Below, in pieces: positions 8,972 through 17,118 of a stretch of 64,000 bases of DNA. The position numbers were made by a program, and so were the translations under genes. The notes below the pieces were generated by a model. That model did not search any database. It saw only the letters and a list, made by a program, of their open reading frames with translations, and was not told where the DNA came from. Location of the stretch: NCBI GenBank assembly GCA_963708675.1, contig CAVPTO010000003.1, positions 1,796,719 through 1,860,718 of the forward strand, in the 5' to 3' direction. Positions within the stretch are counted from its first letter, which is position 1; every line of letters begins with the position of its first letter. The stretch comes from an uncultured Planctomycetota bacterium. GTDB taxonomy: Bacteria > Planctomycetota > Planctomycetia > Pirellulales > PNKZ01.

Positions 8972-10323
8972 AGCCAATCTCTCGTCGTACAGTTTTGCGT
9001 GGCATCGGCACCGCTCTCACTCTGCCGTTATTGGACGCCATGTTGCCGAAGGTGGCGCGGGCGGCGGAATTCGGCGGCGCAGGCAACGGCCCGCTGCGCA
9101 TGGGCTTCATTATGATTCCCAACGGCGCGACGATGTCCGAATGGACGCCGGCCAGCGAAGGCGCTGCGTATGAATTGCCGCGCATCTTGAAGCCATTGGC
9201 TTCGGTGAAAGACGACATCCTCGTGCTCAGCGGCCTAGCCCAGGAAAACGCGGCTGCCCACGGCGATGGCGGTGGCGATCACGCCCGCTCGGCGGCATGT
9301 TTTCTCACCGGCGCGCACCCACGAAAGACCAGCGGCGTCGACATTCGCGCCGGTGTGTCGGTCGATCAGGTGGCTGCCCGCAAGCTCGGTCTCGAAACGC
9401 GCTTCCGCTCGATGGAAATCGGCATCGATCGCGGCGGCAACGCCGGCAGTTGCGACACCGGCTACAGCTGCGCCTATTCGTCGAACGTATCGTGGCGATC
9501 GGATTCGATGCCGTCGTCGAAAGAAGTCAACCCGCGGCTCGTCTTCGAGCGTATGTTCGCCTCGGGCAACAGCGCCGTTGCCGGCGAGAGCTACGAGAAG
9601 CGTCGCCGCTACAAGCAAAGCGTCTTGGATTTCGTGGCCGACGATGCCGCGCGTTTGCGGACGCGCCTTGGCGGCACCGATCAGCAGAAGCTCGACGAGT
9701 ACCTGACCGGCGTGCGCGAAGTCGAAACGCGGCTACAGCACGTTGAGTCAGCCTCGATGCGCGAGCCCGATGGTTTCCAAAAGCCCGCTGGCATTCCGAG
9801 CGACTACAAGGATCATCTGCGGTTGATGGCCGACCTGATGGTCCTGGCCTTCCAAGGCGATCTGACTCGTGTGTCGACGTTCATGTTCGCCAACGAGGGA
9901 AGCAACCGCAGCTACCCGTTCCTCGACATTTCCGAGGGGCATCACGAACTATCGCATCACGGCGGCAATCTCGAAAAGCAAGAGAAGATCGCGAAGATCA
10001 ACCGCTTTCACATGGAGCAGTTCGCGTATTTGCTCGAACGCTTGAAGGGAGTGAAGGAAGGCGACGCGACGCTGCTGGACAACTGCATGATCGTCTACGG
10101 CAGCGGCATCAGCGACGGCAACCGCCACAACCACCACAACCTTCCGATCATCCTCGCCGGCCGCGGCGGCGGCGCTTTCAAGACCGGCCGACACGTTGCG
10201 TACCCCGAACGCACGCCGCTGAACAATCTGTATCTGTCGATGCTCGATCGCGTCGGCACGCCGATCGAACACCTCGGCGACAGCACCGGGCGATTGAACA
10301 AGCTCACCGACATCAACGTCTGA
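8968..10323 (+). CDS. DUF1552 domain protein with Tat-type signal
   Basis: MKPISRRTVLRGIGTALTLPLLDAM. Family-typical pairing with the preceding gene. ATG at 8968 overlaps the upstream TGA. Confidence 0.8.
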   Translation: MKPISRRTVLRGIGTALTLPLLDAMLPKVARAAEFGGAGNGPLRMGFIMIPNGATMSEWTPASEGAAYELPRILKPLASVKDDILVLSGLAQENAAAHGDGGGDHARSAACFLTGAHPRKTSGVDIRAGVSVDQVAARKLGLETRFRSMEIGIDRGGNAGSCDTGYSCAYSSNVSWRSDSMPSSKEVNPRLVFERMFASGNSAVAGESYEKRRRYKQSVLDFVADDAARLRTRLGGTDQQKLDEYLTGVREVETRLQHVESASMREPDGFQKPAGIPSDYKDHLRLMADLMVLAFQGDLTRVSTFMFANEGSNRSYPFLDISEGHHELSHHGGNLEKQEKIAKINRFHMEQFAYLLERLKGVKEGDATLLDNCMIVYGSGISDGNRHNHHNLPIILAGRGGGAFKTGRHVAYPERTPLNNLYLSMLDRVGTPIEHLGDSTGRLNKLTDINV

Positions 10324-10378
10324 GACGCGTGCGGTAGACATTCGTGTCTGCCTGTCGTCGAGTTAGCGAAAATAAACG

Positions 10379-11116
10379 ATGTGGTCGAGCATTCAACTTG
10401 CGGGCCACGTTTGCGACACGTTCGAGCCAACTCGGCCGAGCGAGCACCACTACGTTGTCGTCTATCTGCACGGCGTTCATCAAACGGGGCTGACGTCGAA
10501 CGCCGTCTACACCGCGCTCTTCGAACGCCACGGGCTGCGCGTCATTGCGCCGCGCACGGGCCGCAGTTGGTGGACCGATCGCATCTGCCCTGAGTTCGAC
10601 GAGACGATCACGGCCGAACGTTTCGTGCGGTCGAACGTCATGCACTGGATCGCCGAGCATTGGCACGCGCAGCCGCCGCGCGTCGCGCTCTTGGGCACGA
10701 GCATGGGAGGGCAGGGGGCGTTGCGGATGGCGTTCAAGTATCCGAACGTCTTTCCGATCGCGGCTGCGTTGGCCCCGGCGATCGACTATCAGATTCGCTT
10801 CGACGAGTTCGACGAAGAGACGCTCCCCGCGATGTACGACGACGCCGAAGCGGTGCGGCAAGACACGGCGACGCTGCACGTGCATCCACTGAACTGGCCA
10901 CGGAACCTGTGGTTCGCGTGCGATCCGTCAGACGCACGATGGCACGAGAGCGCTGAGCGATTGCGCGGCAAGCTTGCGGCGCTGGGGATCCCGCACGACG
11001 TCGATCTCGAAACCCGCGCCGGCGGCCACTCGTGGGATTACTACAACCACATGGCCGAGCGCGCTGTGGGATTCATCGTCGCGCGTTTGGAACGCGAACG
11101 GTTGCGCGTACCGTGA
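10379..11116 (+). CDS. alpha/beta hydrolase, putative esterase family
   Basis: Nucleophile elbow GTSMGG. Esterase-like VVVYLHG..., C-terminal GGHSWDYW-like motif. Confidence 0.75.
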   Translation: MWSSIQLAGHVCDTFEPTRPSEHHYVVVYLHGVHQTGLTSNAVYTALFERHGLRVIAPRTGRSWWTDRICPEFDETITAERFVRSNVMHWIAEHWHAQPPRVALLGTSMGGQGALRMAFKYPNVFPIAAALAPAIDYQIRFDEFDEETLPAMYDDAEAVRQDTATLHVHPLNWPRNLWFACDPSDARWHESAERLRGKLAALGIPHDVDLETRAGGHSWDYYNHMAERAVGFIVARLERERLRVP

Positions 11117-11119
11117 TGA

Positions 11120-11295
11120 TTATTGATTGATCTTCAGCGTGCCGAACAAACCCCTCTCCCTTTGGGAGAGGGTGGTGGCGCAGCCGCCGGGTGAGGGCGG
11201 GCTGAAGTAGTCGGCGGGTGCCATTTCAACCCGCCCTCATCCGATCCGCCTTCGGCGGACCACCTTCTCCCGGAGGGAGAAGGGTTCGAATCGCG
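11120..11295. repeat. compound palindromic MITE/REP-like repeat ('PLPLGEG' family), copy a
   Basis: Hairpins CCCTCTCCC-TTTG-GGAGAGGG and CCTTCTCCC-GGAG-GGAGAAGG flank GGTGAGGGCGGG...CCCGCCCTCATCC. It fills the whole convergent spacer. The reverse complement of 47600-47735 aligns along its length. Confidence 0.85.
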
Positions 11296-11296
11296 A

Positions 11297-12367
11297 TTAC
11301 CGATTCGACGCACGCCACATGACGTTATTGTCCGGCGACGTCGCGGTCGTGGCCGACTCGCTTGCCGTCGAACCGTTGTCCCACACGAGGCTCGTGTACT
11401 GCGCGGTCGAGTGCATCGGCCGAGTGGTCACACGGCTTTCCGGATCAATCAGCCGCGGCTGGCTGCCCGGCAAATCTTGCTTCACGCCCGCATCGGGAAT
11501 CGGCTTGAGGCCCGAGCTCGGCGTCGCACCGTCGCGGGGCGCGTCGTCACGGAACGTCGACGGCGGCGTCGTGCTGTTGGGCGTCGAATTCGGAGTCGAA
11601 TAATAGTTCGGAGCGGTCGGCGTCGTGCCTTGAGTGGCCGGCAACTGAGTTCCCGGCTGCGTGGATGTATTTGGCTGCGAGTTCGGCTGCACCGGCGTCG
11701 TCGGCCGAATCATCGGTTGAGTCGACGGAGCGTACGGCGACGCAGGCTGCGACGGAGTTGGTTGATAGGTGGTCGACGGCTGATAGGTCGTCGAAGGAAC
11801 GTATTGCGTCGAGGGCTGGTAGGTCGTCGTCGGTTGATACGTGGTGCTCGGCATGTAGCTCGCGCCCACGACTGGCGACAGCGACGGGGCAGGCATCGCG
11901 CCCCCCGCGTAGCTCACGCCACCCGTTGCACACGACGAACATCCCGACGGCGCCGCGACGGCAGCCATCGGCATCGCGGGAGCGAACATGCTTCGCGCCG
12001 CGACGGGCTGTCCGCATCCGACGGTGCAGGGGTTGTTGTACACGAGTCGATAGCTGGTGTACGGCACCATGCGAGTCTGTTGCACGTAGCTGGTGCAAGG
12101 GCTGTAGGCCGTGCGAGCGCAGCCGGTGCAGGGGTCCGCAGTCACGACCGGTCGATAGGTCGTCACCGGCACGCGCACAGTCTGCGCCCGGTAGCACGTC
12201 TGCGGCATGTATTGAACCGTTTGCTGAGCGCACGGCTGGCACGTCGCGTTCAACGGTTGCTGAGCGGTCCAGCTGTGAAACAGTTGAGCCTCGGCACGCG
12301 GCGCACCGACGGCCACGCCAAGCATGCCCAGCGCCACACAAGCGATTCGTCCCAGGGCCGATTTCAT
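11297..12367 (-). CDS. secreted low-complexity Cys/Pro/Thr/Gln-rich protein with STTYQP tandem repeats
   Basis: Strong SD GGGGAG before ATG at 12367. Signal peptide MKSALGRIACVALGMLGVAVGAPRAEA. Repeats PSTTYQP x5. Confidence 0.65.
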   Translation of the reverse strand: MKSALGRIACVALGMLGVAVGAPRAEAQLFHSWTAQQPLNATCQPCAQQTVQYMPQTCYRAQTVRVPVTTYRPVVTADPCTGCARTAYSPCTSYVQQTRMVPYTSYRLVYNNPCTVGCGQPVAARSMFAPAMPMAAVAAPSGCSSCATGGVSYAGGAMPAPSLSPVVGASYMPSTTYQPTTTYQPSTQYVPSTTYQPSTTYQPTPSQPASPYAPSTQPMIRPTTPVQPNSQPNTSTQPGTQLPATQGTTPTAPNYYSTPNSTPNSTTPPSTFRDDAPRDGATPSSGLKPIPDAGVKQDLPGSQPRLIDPESRVTTRPMHSTAQYTSLVWDNGSTASESATTATSPDNNVMWRASNR

Positions 12368-12607
12368 ACTCAACTCCCCTGCGTCATTGCGAACTTGCTT
12401 CAACAACATCTCTGCGACAGTACCTTCTCTATACACGCCGCACCCACAGTGCTTCAACGAGCGCCTTGAGTCGAAGTGTTATTTGGCGACGGATTACGAA
12501 CGTAGCGGTCATAGCGACGACGCGCGACTTTGCTGCCGCGCGAGTGTTTACGGACGCTCGTTCCTCGAGCTTCGACCGACCGTACTCACGGCAAATCAAC
12601 ACTCGAC

Positions 12608-12650
12608 GGAAAAACGTAGGTCGGGCTCAAGAAAAGTCGAGCCAACCTAC
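12608..12650 (-). terminator. rho-independent terminator of the three-gene operon
   Basis: On the minus strand GTAGGTTGGCTC-GACTTTTCTT-GAGCCCGACCTAC is followed by GTTTTTCC. The stem overlaps the TAG stop at 12647-12649. Confidence 0.6.
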
Positions 12651-13264
12651 CGACTCGACCGTCGTCGCCTCGCCTCGTACAAGTCGTACAACCCGAACAG
12701 CGTCTCCCGCATGTCGCCGCAATGCTGCGCATACAACGCTTCTACGTCAGCTGTCGCGATTCGGTTGTCGTCGGCAGGAAAGAGAGTCGCAAAAAGTTCG
12801 AGAGCGACCGCAAGCGACGGTTTCGTCTCATGCAGCAACGGCAGCATGCAAGCACGATGTGTGGTGATGAGCAGTCCGAATCGCCGTCGTGCGCAACGAC
12901 GTCGAAGCCGCCACGCGTTCCAACGATTGAGCTGTTCGTAGCCGTCAACGATCACCACGAGCGGTTGCGATCGCGAGCCGTTCGGCAGCGCCTGTGGCAA
13001 CCGTCGCTCGCCGGCATGTAGCGTGACTTCCATCACGTCATAACCGCGACATTTCAGCACCGGAACCAACGTCGCGACAAGCGTGCTCTTGCCGCTGCCG
13101 TGAGGACCGACGATCTGACCACGCAGTCCATGCGCCTCGAAGCGGTCGATCAGTTGCTCGGCGTTCTCGCAGTTGCTCACCGGGTCGTTGCGAAATCGAT
13201 ACTCGATCGCGCCCGGTCGCACGTGGCGCGTCGAGAACGGATTCGCCTGCGGCAGCGTCAGCAT
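12647..13264 (-). CDS. small P-loop NTPase, family not recognised
   Basis: Walker A GPHGSGKST, Walker B LVVIVDGYE. The ATG lies 5 nt after the upstream stop. Confidence 0.7.
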   Translation of the reverse strand: MLTLPQANPFSTRHVRPGAIEYRFRNDPVSNCENAEQLIDRFEAHGLRGQIVGPHGSGKSTLVATLVPVLKCRGYDVMEVTLHAGERRLPQALPNGSRSQPLVVIVDGYEQLNRWNAWRLRRRCARRRFGLLITTHRACMLPLLHETKPSLAVALELFATLFPADDNRIATADVEALYAQHCGDMRETLFGLYDLYEARRRRSSR

Positions 13265-13269
13265 TGTAC

Positions 13270-13680
13270 TCACGACGCGGCGCCCTCGAGTTCCGGCAAC
13301 ACCGAGGCAGGCACGTTGCCGAGCCTGAACTGTTCGTCGACGACAATCTCTTTGCCGTGCGCGAGAAACACTCGCACGCGCACCGTCCAATAGATCCGCA
13401 CCAAGATGCCGTCGTAACTCAGCGGGCTGTTCGGCAGCAGGGTGCTGAAACATTGCGGGCCACGCAAGCTGCGGTCCCCTTCGGCCGAAAACCGCTGAAA
13501 ATGATGCACCGCGAGATCTTCGTCCCCCTGCCCCTCGGTGTACCACAGCACCGAAAGCTCGACGGCCTGGGCGTCGGCGACCAGCAGCGGGTCCATCTCG
13601 AAATGTCCCGCCAACGGCTCGCCGCTTTGGTACAAGCGTCGATCGTCGTCGAAGTGAATCACGATCTCAGGCTCTCTCAT
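13270..13680 (-). CDS. hypothetical 136-aa protein, tentatively an arrestin-N/Spo0M-like beta-sandwich. Paralogous to the C-terminal domain of the upstream gene.
   Basis: LYQSGEPLAGHFEM...ELSVLWYTEGQG...LPNSPLSYDGILVRIYWTVRVRV...EQFRL. ATGA overlap with the upstream gene at 13677-13680. Confidence 0.6.
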   Translation of the reverse strand: MREPEIVIHFDDDRRLYQSGEPLAGHFEMDPLLVADAQAVELSVLWYTEGQGDEDLAVHHFQRFSAEGDRSLRGPQCFSTLLPNSPLSYDGILVRIYWTVRVRVFLAHGKEIVVDEQFRLGNVPASVLPELEGAAS

Positions 13681-15017
13681 GCGCTGCCGCTCCTGGCGAC
13701 TTGCCGGCCAGCGATCATGCGTGGAACTTCGAGCGGATAGACACTCAACGAATAAACCCGCTCGAAGTCGGCGCCTTCGCTGGGCTTGCCTTGCACCAAT
13801 AGCTTCCACACCACGCGGTTGTGATCGCTGTAGAACGAATGCATCGCGGCGGCAGGTACTTCGACCGTGAAATGCGATTCGTAAGGCTCGCCTCGCTGGA
13901 TGGAAACATTCGCGACATCGAGCAGCACTACCTCCTGCACGCGCTGCCGAGCTGTTCGCAGATTGGTGCCTTGCAGATAACGGGCCTCTTCGTCGCACGC
14001 CAACACCACGCGCAGTTGCTTCAGATTGCGACGCCCCGCCTGTGACAGAAACAGTCGATAGCGTCCGCCGGGGTAGAGAGGATGGTGATCGATTTCGAGA
14101 ATCGTCGATCCAACATCGGCAGCCACGACGAAGCGGCGCACCGTCAACACGATCCACGCGATGCCGATGCCGAGAAACAGCACCATCAACGTCGTGAACG
14201 CCCAGTCAGCGCGATCCTGCAAGTGACGCCGTATCGCGACGCCCAACAGAAAGATGACCACGGCGTTCCACACCAGCGAGGCGCCCAGCAAACCAAACAA
14301 CGTCCAACTCGGGCCCGACAGCGGCAACCGATAGCGCAGCTTCGTGCCTGGGCTGTCGATGAGCCTCGTATGTCCTGGCACGGTCGGAAAGAGTTGATTG
14401 GCCCCGGAGATCGACTCCAGCGGATCGAGTCTCGCCGCAGTCCGTGCCCACACCGTGCGCCGCTCGGTCGACTTGTTCCAATTCAACAGCGTGTACACGA
14501 GGCCGCCGGCCCCGATCGCCAGAAACGACGCAGGCAACACTAGCGGCAACCACGCGAACCAGTTGTGTCCGCGAATAAGAACCGCGTGCTCGGGCTCGTG
14601 CGGGTCGTACCAGCAAGGGTACTGCTTCCCCACATCGAACTGCTCGATCGCCTGTTGGCAGAATGCTTCGTCGCTCGTGTACGGCCGCGCCACGTCGTAC
14701 GTCCACACTTTGTACTGAGTACCCGCAACCGTGTACTCGATCAGGAACTCAGGCCGACAGCGGACGGCAGTCCCTTCGGGATATTGGTCGATGCGCTTGT
14801 CGACGACCGTGCACGTCGTGGGATAAAAGGCGAAATTCGCCCGCCAGTCGGGAATCGTCCGATCGCGCAGAATGAGCGCCAACGACGCGCATCCGAACAG
14901 AAAGAAGACGGCGAAGAACAGCCCCAAGCTCGCGCCGCCGAGCTTGTCGGAGCGCATGTTGCGGCTGCCGCGCTTCTTTCCGAAGAATCGCTTAACGACG
15001 ACTTGAGACACGGCCAA
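13677..15017 (-). CDS. 4-TM membrane protein: DUF3592-like N-terminal module plus C-terminal beta-sandwich-like domain (start may be the ATG at 14957)
   Basis: TM, then PEFLIEYTVAGTQYKVW...GKQYPCWYDPHEPEHAVL, then TM (DUF3592 pattern). Two more TM helices follow, then HHPLYPGGRYRLFL...VVWKLLVQG...YSLSVYP. Confidence 0.65.
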   Translation of the reverse strand: MAVSQVVVKRFFGKKRGSRNMRSDKLGGASLGLFFAVFFLFGCASLALILRDRTIPDWRANFAFYPTTCTVVDKRIDQYPEGTAVRCRPEFLIEYTVAGTQYKVWTYDVARPYTSDEAFCQQAIEQFDVGKQYPCWYDPHEPEHAVLIRGHNWFAWLPLVLPASFLAIGAGGLVYTLLNWNKSTERRTVWARTAARLDPLESISGANQLFPTVPGHTRLIDSPGTKLRYRLPLSGPSWTLFGLLGASLVWNAVVIFLLGVAIRRHLQDRADWAFTTLMVLFLGIGIAWIVLTVRRFVVAADVGSTILEIDHHPLYPGGRYRLFLSQAGRRNLKQLRVVLACDEEARYLQGTNLRTARQRVQEVVLLDVANVSIQRGEPYESHFTVEVPAAAMHSFYSDHNRVVWKLLVQGKPSEGADFERVYSLSVYPLEVPRMIAGRQVARSGSA

Positions 15018-15134
15018 ACAGGCTCCGGGACCGATGGCGACACTAGCACGCAGTGCCAGCGTCCAGTCTTATCCCGCCTGCGTGAGCGTGGCAAGCGCCG
15101 ACGGTTTTCGGCGCTTTGGTCCGCGTGTATCCCG

Positions 15135-15345
15135 TTTACTGATCTTCAGGTTGCTCATCGAACGACGACGCAGTTTGCCCCCTCTCCCCTTGCGGGAGAG
15201 GGCCGGGGTGAGAGGTAGCTGAAGCGTGTACTCGTCTCACCCCATCACCCGGTTCGCCTTCGGCGAACCACCCTCTCCCGCAAGGGGAGAGGGTATAAGG
15301 CATACCACAGTCGGTTCGATTGACAACCTGAACACCAATAGCCGC
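15135..15345 (+). repeat. about 211-bp MITE-like palindromic element, copy b (second copy at 58294-58513)
   Basis: Aligns end to end with 58294-58513 in the same orientation. Imperfect about 20-bp terminal inverted repeat (CTTCAGGTTGCTCATCGAAC / GTTCGATTGACAACCTGAAC). Internal hairpins CCCTCTCCCC-TTGC-GGGAGAGGG. Confidence 0.85.
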
Positions 15346-15389
15346 GACGCGCAGCGAGCGCGTCGGCACGCGACGCGGCTAAATTCGGT

Positions 15390-15665
15390 TCATCCCGCCC
15401 GCAGAATCTGCTCGCGATCGCGGCGGAAGAACCCGATTCCTTCAAGCGACTTGTAAACCTCTTCGAGCGTCTTCTCACCGAAGTTCGAGATGCTCAGCAA
15501 GTCCTCGCGCGTGCATTGCAGCAGGTCGCTGACGGTGAAGATGCCGCGCTCTTCGAGGCAGTTGGTCGTGCGGACCGACAGCCCCATCTCGGCAGTGCTC
15601 ATTTCCAAACGGTTCGAAAGGTCGCGAGCTCTCTCGTCGGCCATGCTCAAACGAACGCGTGTCAT
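15390..15665 (-). CDS. stand-alone RNA polymerase alpha-subunit C-terminal-domain (alpha-CTD) protein
   Basis: LSVRTTNCLEERGIFTVSDLLQCTREDLLSISNFGEKTLEEVYKSL closely follows the alpha-CTD helix-hairpin-helix pattern. Only 91 aa. Confidence 0.8.
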   Translation of the reverse strand: MTRVRLSMADERARDLSNRLEMSTAEMGLSVRTTNCLEERGIFTVSDLLQCTREDLLSISNFGEKTLEEVYKSLEGIGFFRRDREQILRAG

Positions 15666-15816
15666 AGCATCCCTCCTTGGATAGTTGAGCTAAGAAACGA
15701 CACATCCCTGTGTGGTCGCTGAGGCGAGTATAGACAAAACGCCGCGATTTTTGCGAGCATTTTTTGCCTTGTTTTTCCGAGCCAAATGCTAGCGATGCTG
15801 TCGGCCCATTCAAGAA

Positions 15817-16000
15817 TCAGCGGGGGCAATTGAACCACAGAGGACACGGAGGACACAGAGACGAAGAAGGAGAGGATTTTGTGTTGATAATTGAAGCCCC
15901 GTTACACTCGCTGATTTCTGAAACCAAACATCTCTAATCTCTTTCTCTGCATTCTTCTCGGTGCTCTCTGTGTCCTCTGTGGTTCAATTCCCCCCGCTGA
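15817..16000. repeat. large palindromic repeat ('NHRGHRE' type): 31-bp arms with one mismatch
   Basis: TCAGCGGGGGCAATTGAACCACAGAGGACAC (15817-15847) versus the reverse complement of 15970-16000. The AT-richer centre also shows partial symmetry. Confidence 0.8.
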
Positions 16001-16148
16001 GTATTGAGTGGCCTACTTCCATCGTTTGATTGTGACCAGGGATTCGATAGTCTCTTGCGTCCGAAGCTACGCGCGCCAGGAGCGTCGAGCGGATGAGCGA
16101 GGCCACACAACGGTTCTTGTGCGACGTGCAAAAACTTGCGATGGCCGG

Positions 16149-16176
16149 GCAAGAAGTGCGACTTATTGCACAAAAC
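16149..16176 (-). repeat. 28-bp motif identical (reverse complement) to 45562-45589
   Basis: GCAAGAAGTGCGACTTATTGCACAAAAC is the reverse complement of GTTTTGTGCAATAAGTCGCACTTCTTGC. Confidence 0.8.
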
Positions 16177-16254
16177 GTCCCGTATCTAGGACCGGGGAAA
16201 AAGTCGCCAGGCGAAGCGAGCCATAAGTCGCGAGCGACGAACCGAATCGCGAGC

Positions 16255-17109
16255 CTACAGGCGGCAGTTCGTGATTGCCGTTTCGAGGATCGCGCTGGCG
16301 CCGATCGCTTCGAGCCGTTCCATGATGCCGATCACTTCGCCGCGACGCACCATGACACGCACCGCACACCACGCGGGATCTTCCAGCCCGCTGACGGTCG
16401 GCGAGTTGAACCCGGGCGTGACCTTTTCGGCTTCGGGAAGTTTCGATCGCTGGATGTTGTACTCCAGCAGCGAGTAACTGCGGGCGATCACGACGCCTTC
16501 CAAACGTCGCACGACGCGATCAGCCACTTCGCTGTGCCGCTTGTACTTGTTTTGGATCAACACCGTCTCGTAACGGCCAATGTCGGTGAGGATGCGCAGT
16601 CGATTGGCGGCCAACGTGCTGCCGGTTTCCACCAGGTCGACGATGGCGTCGGCCACGCCCAAGGCGATCATCACCTCGACGCTGCCCGAAAGTTGCACGA
16701 GGTGCACTTGAGCGCCGTGGCCATTCAGATACTGCTGCGTGACGTACGGGAAGCTCGTCGCGATGCGAGCTCCGTTCAGTTGAGCGGGGTTCTGGATCAC
16801 ACTGTCGTCGGGAACACAAATCGCCAGCCGGCATTGGCCTACGCCGAGGTCGAGACGCGAAAGGACTTCGGCGCCGCTTTCGGCAATCAGGTCGCTGCCG
16901 GTCACGCCCATGTCGATCGCCCCTTCGGCGCACAGCACGGGGATGTCGTCGGTGCGAAGGAACGTCACGTCGACGGGCATTTCGCGGCAACGAGCGAACA
17001 GACTTCGCTCCTGGCGGCGGAAACTCAGGCCCGCTTCCTTGAGAAGCTCGGCCGCCAGTTCAGCCAGCCGGCCCTTGCTCGGAACGCCGATTCGAAGGTT
17101 TTCAGACAT
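16255..17109 (-). CDS. hisG: ATP phosphoribosyltransferase (long form)
   Basis: LRIGVPSKGRL, DLVETGSTL, C-terminal regulatory domain, 284 aa. Confidence 0.93.
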   Translation of the reverse strand: MSENLRIGVPSKGRLAELAAELLKEAGLSFRRQERSLFARCREMPVDVTFLRTDDIPVLCAEGAIDMGVTGSDLIAESGAEVLSRLDLGVGQCRLAICVPDDSVIQNPAQLNGARIATSFPYVTQQYLNGHGAQVHLVQLSGSVEVMIALGVADAIVDLVETGSTLAANRLRILTDIGRYETVLIQNKYKRHSEVADRVVRRLEGVVIARSYSLLEYNIQRSKLPEAEKVTPGFNSPTVSGLEDPAWCAVRVMVRRGEVIGIMERLEAIGASAILETAITNCRL

Positions 17110-17118
17110 ATGCGTGAA

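Noticed and set aside
15097-15120. Hairpin GCGCCG-ACGGTTTT-CGGCGC followed by TTT as a terminator
   Set aside because: The T-tract is on the plus strand, where no upstream gene exists. On the minus strand the hairpin lacks a U-tract.
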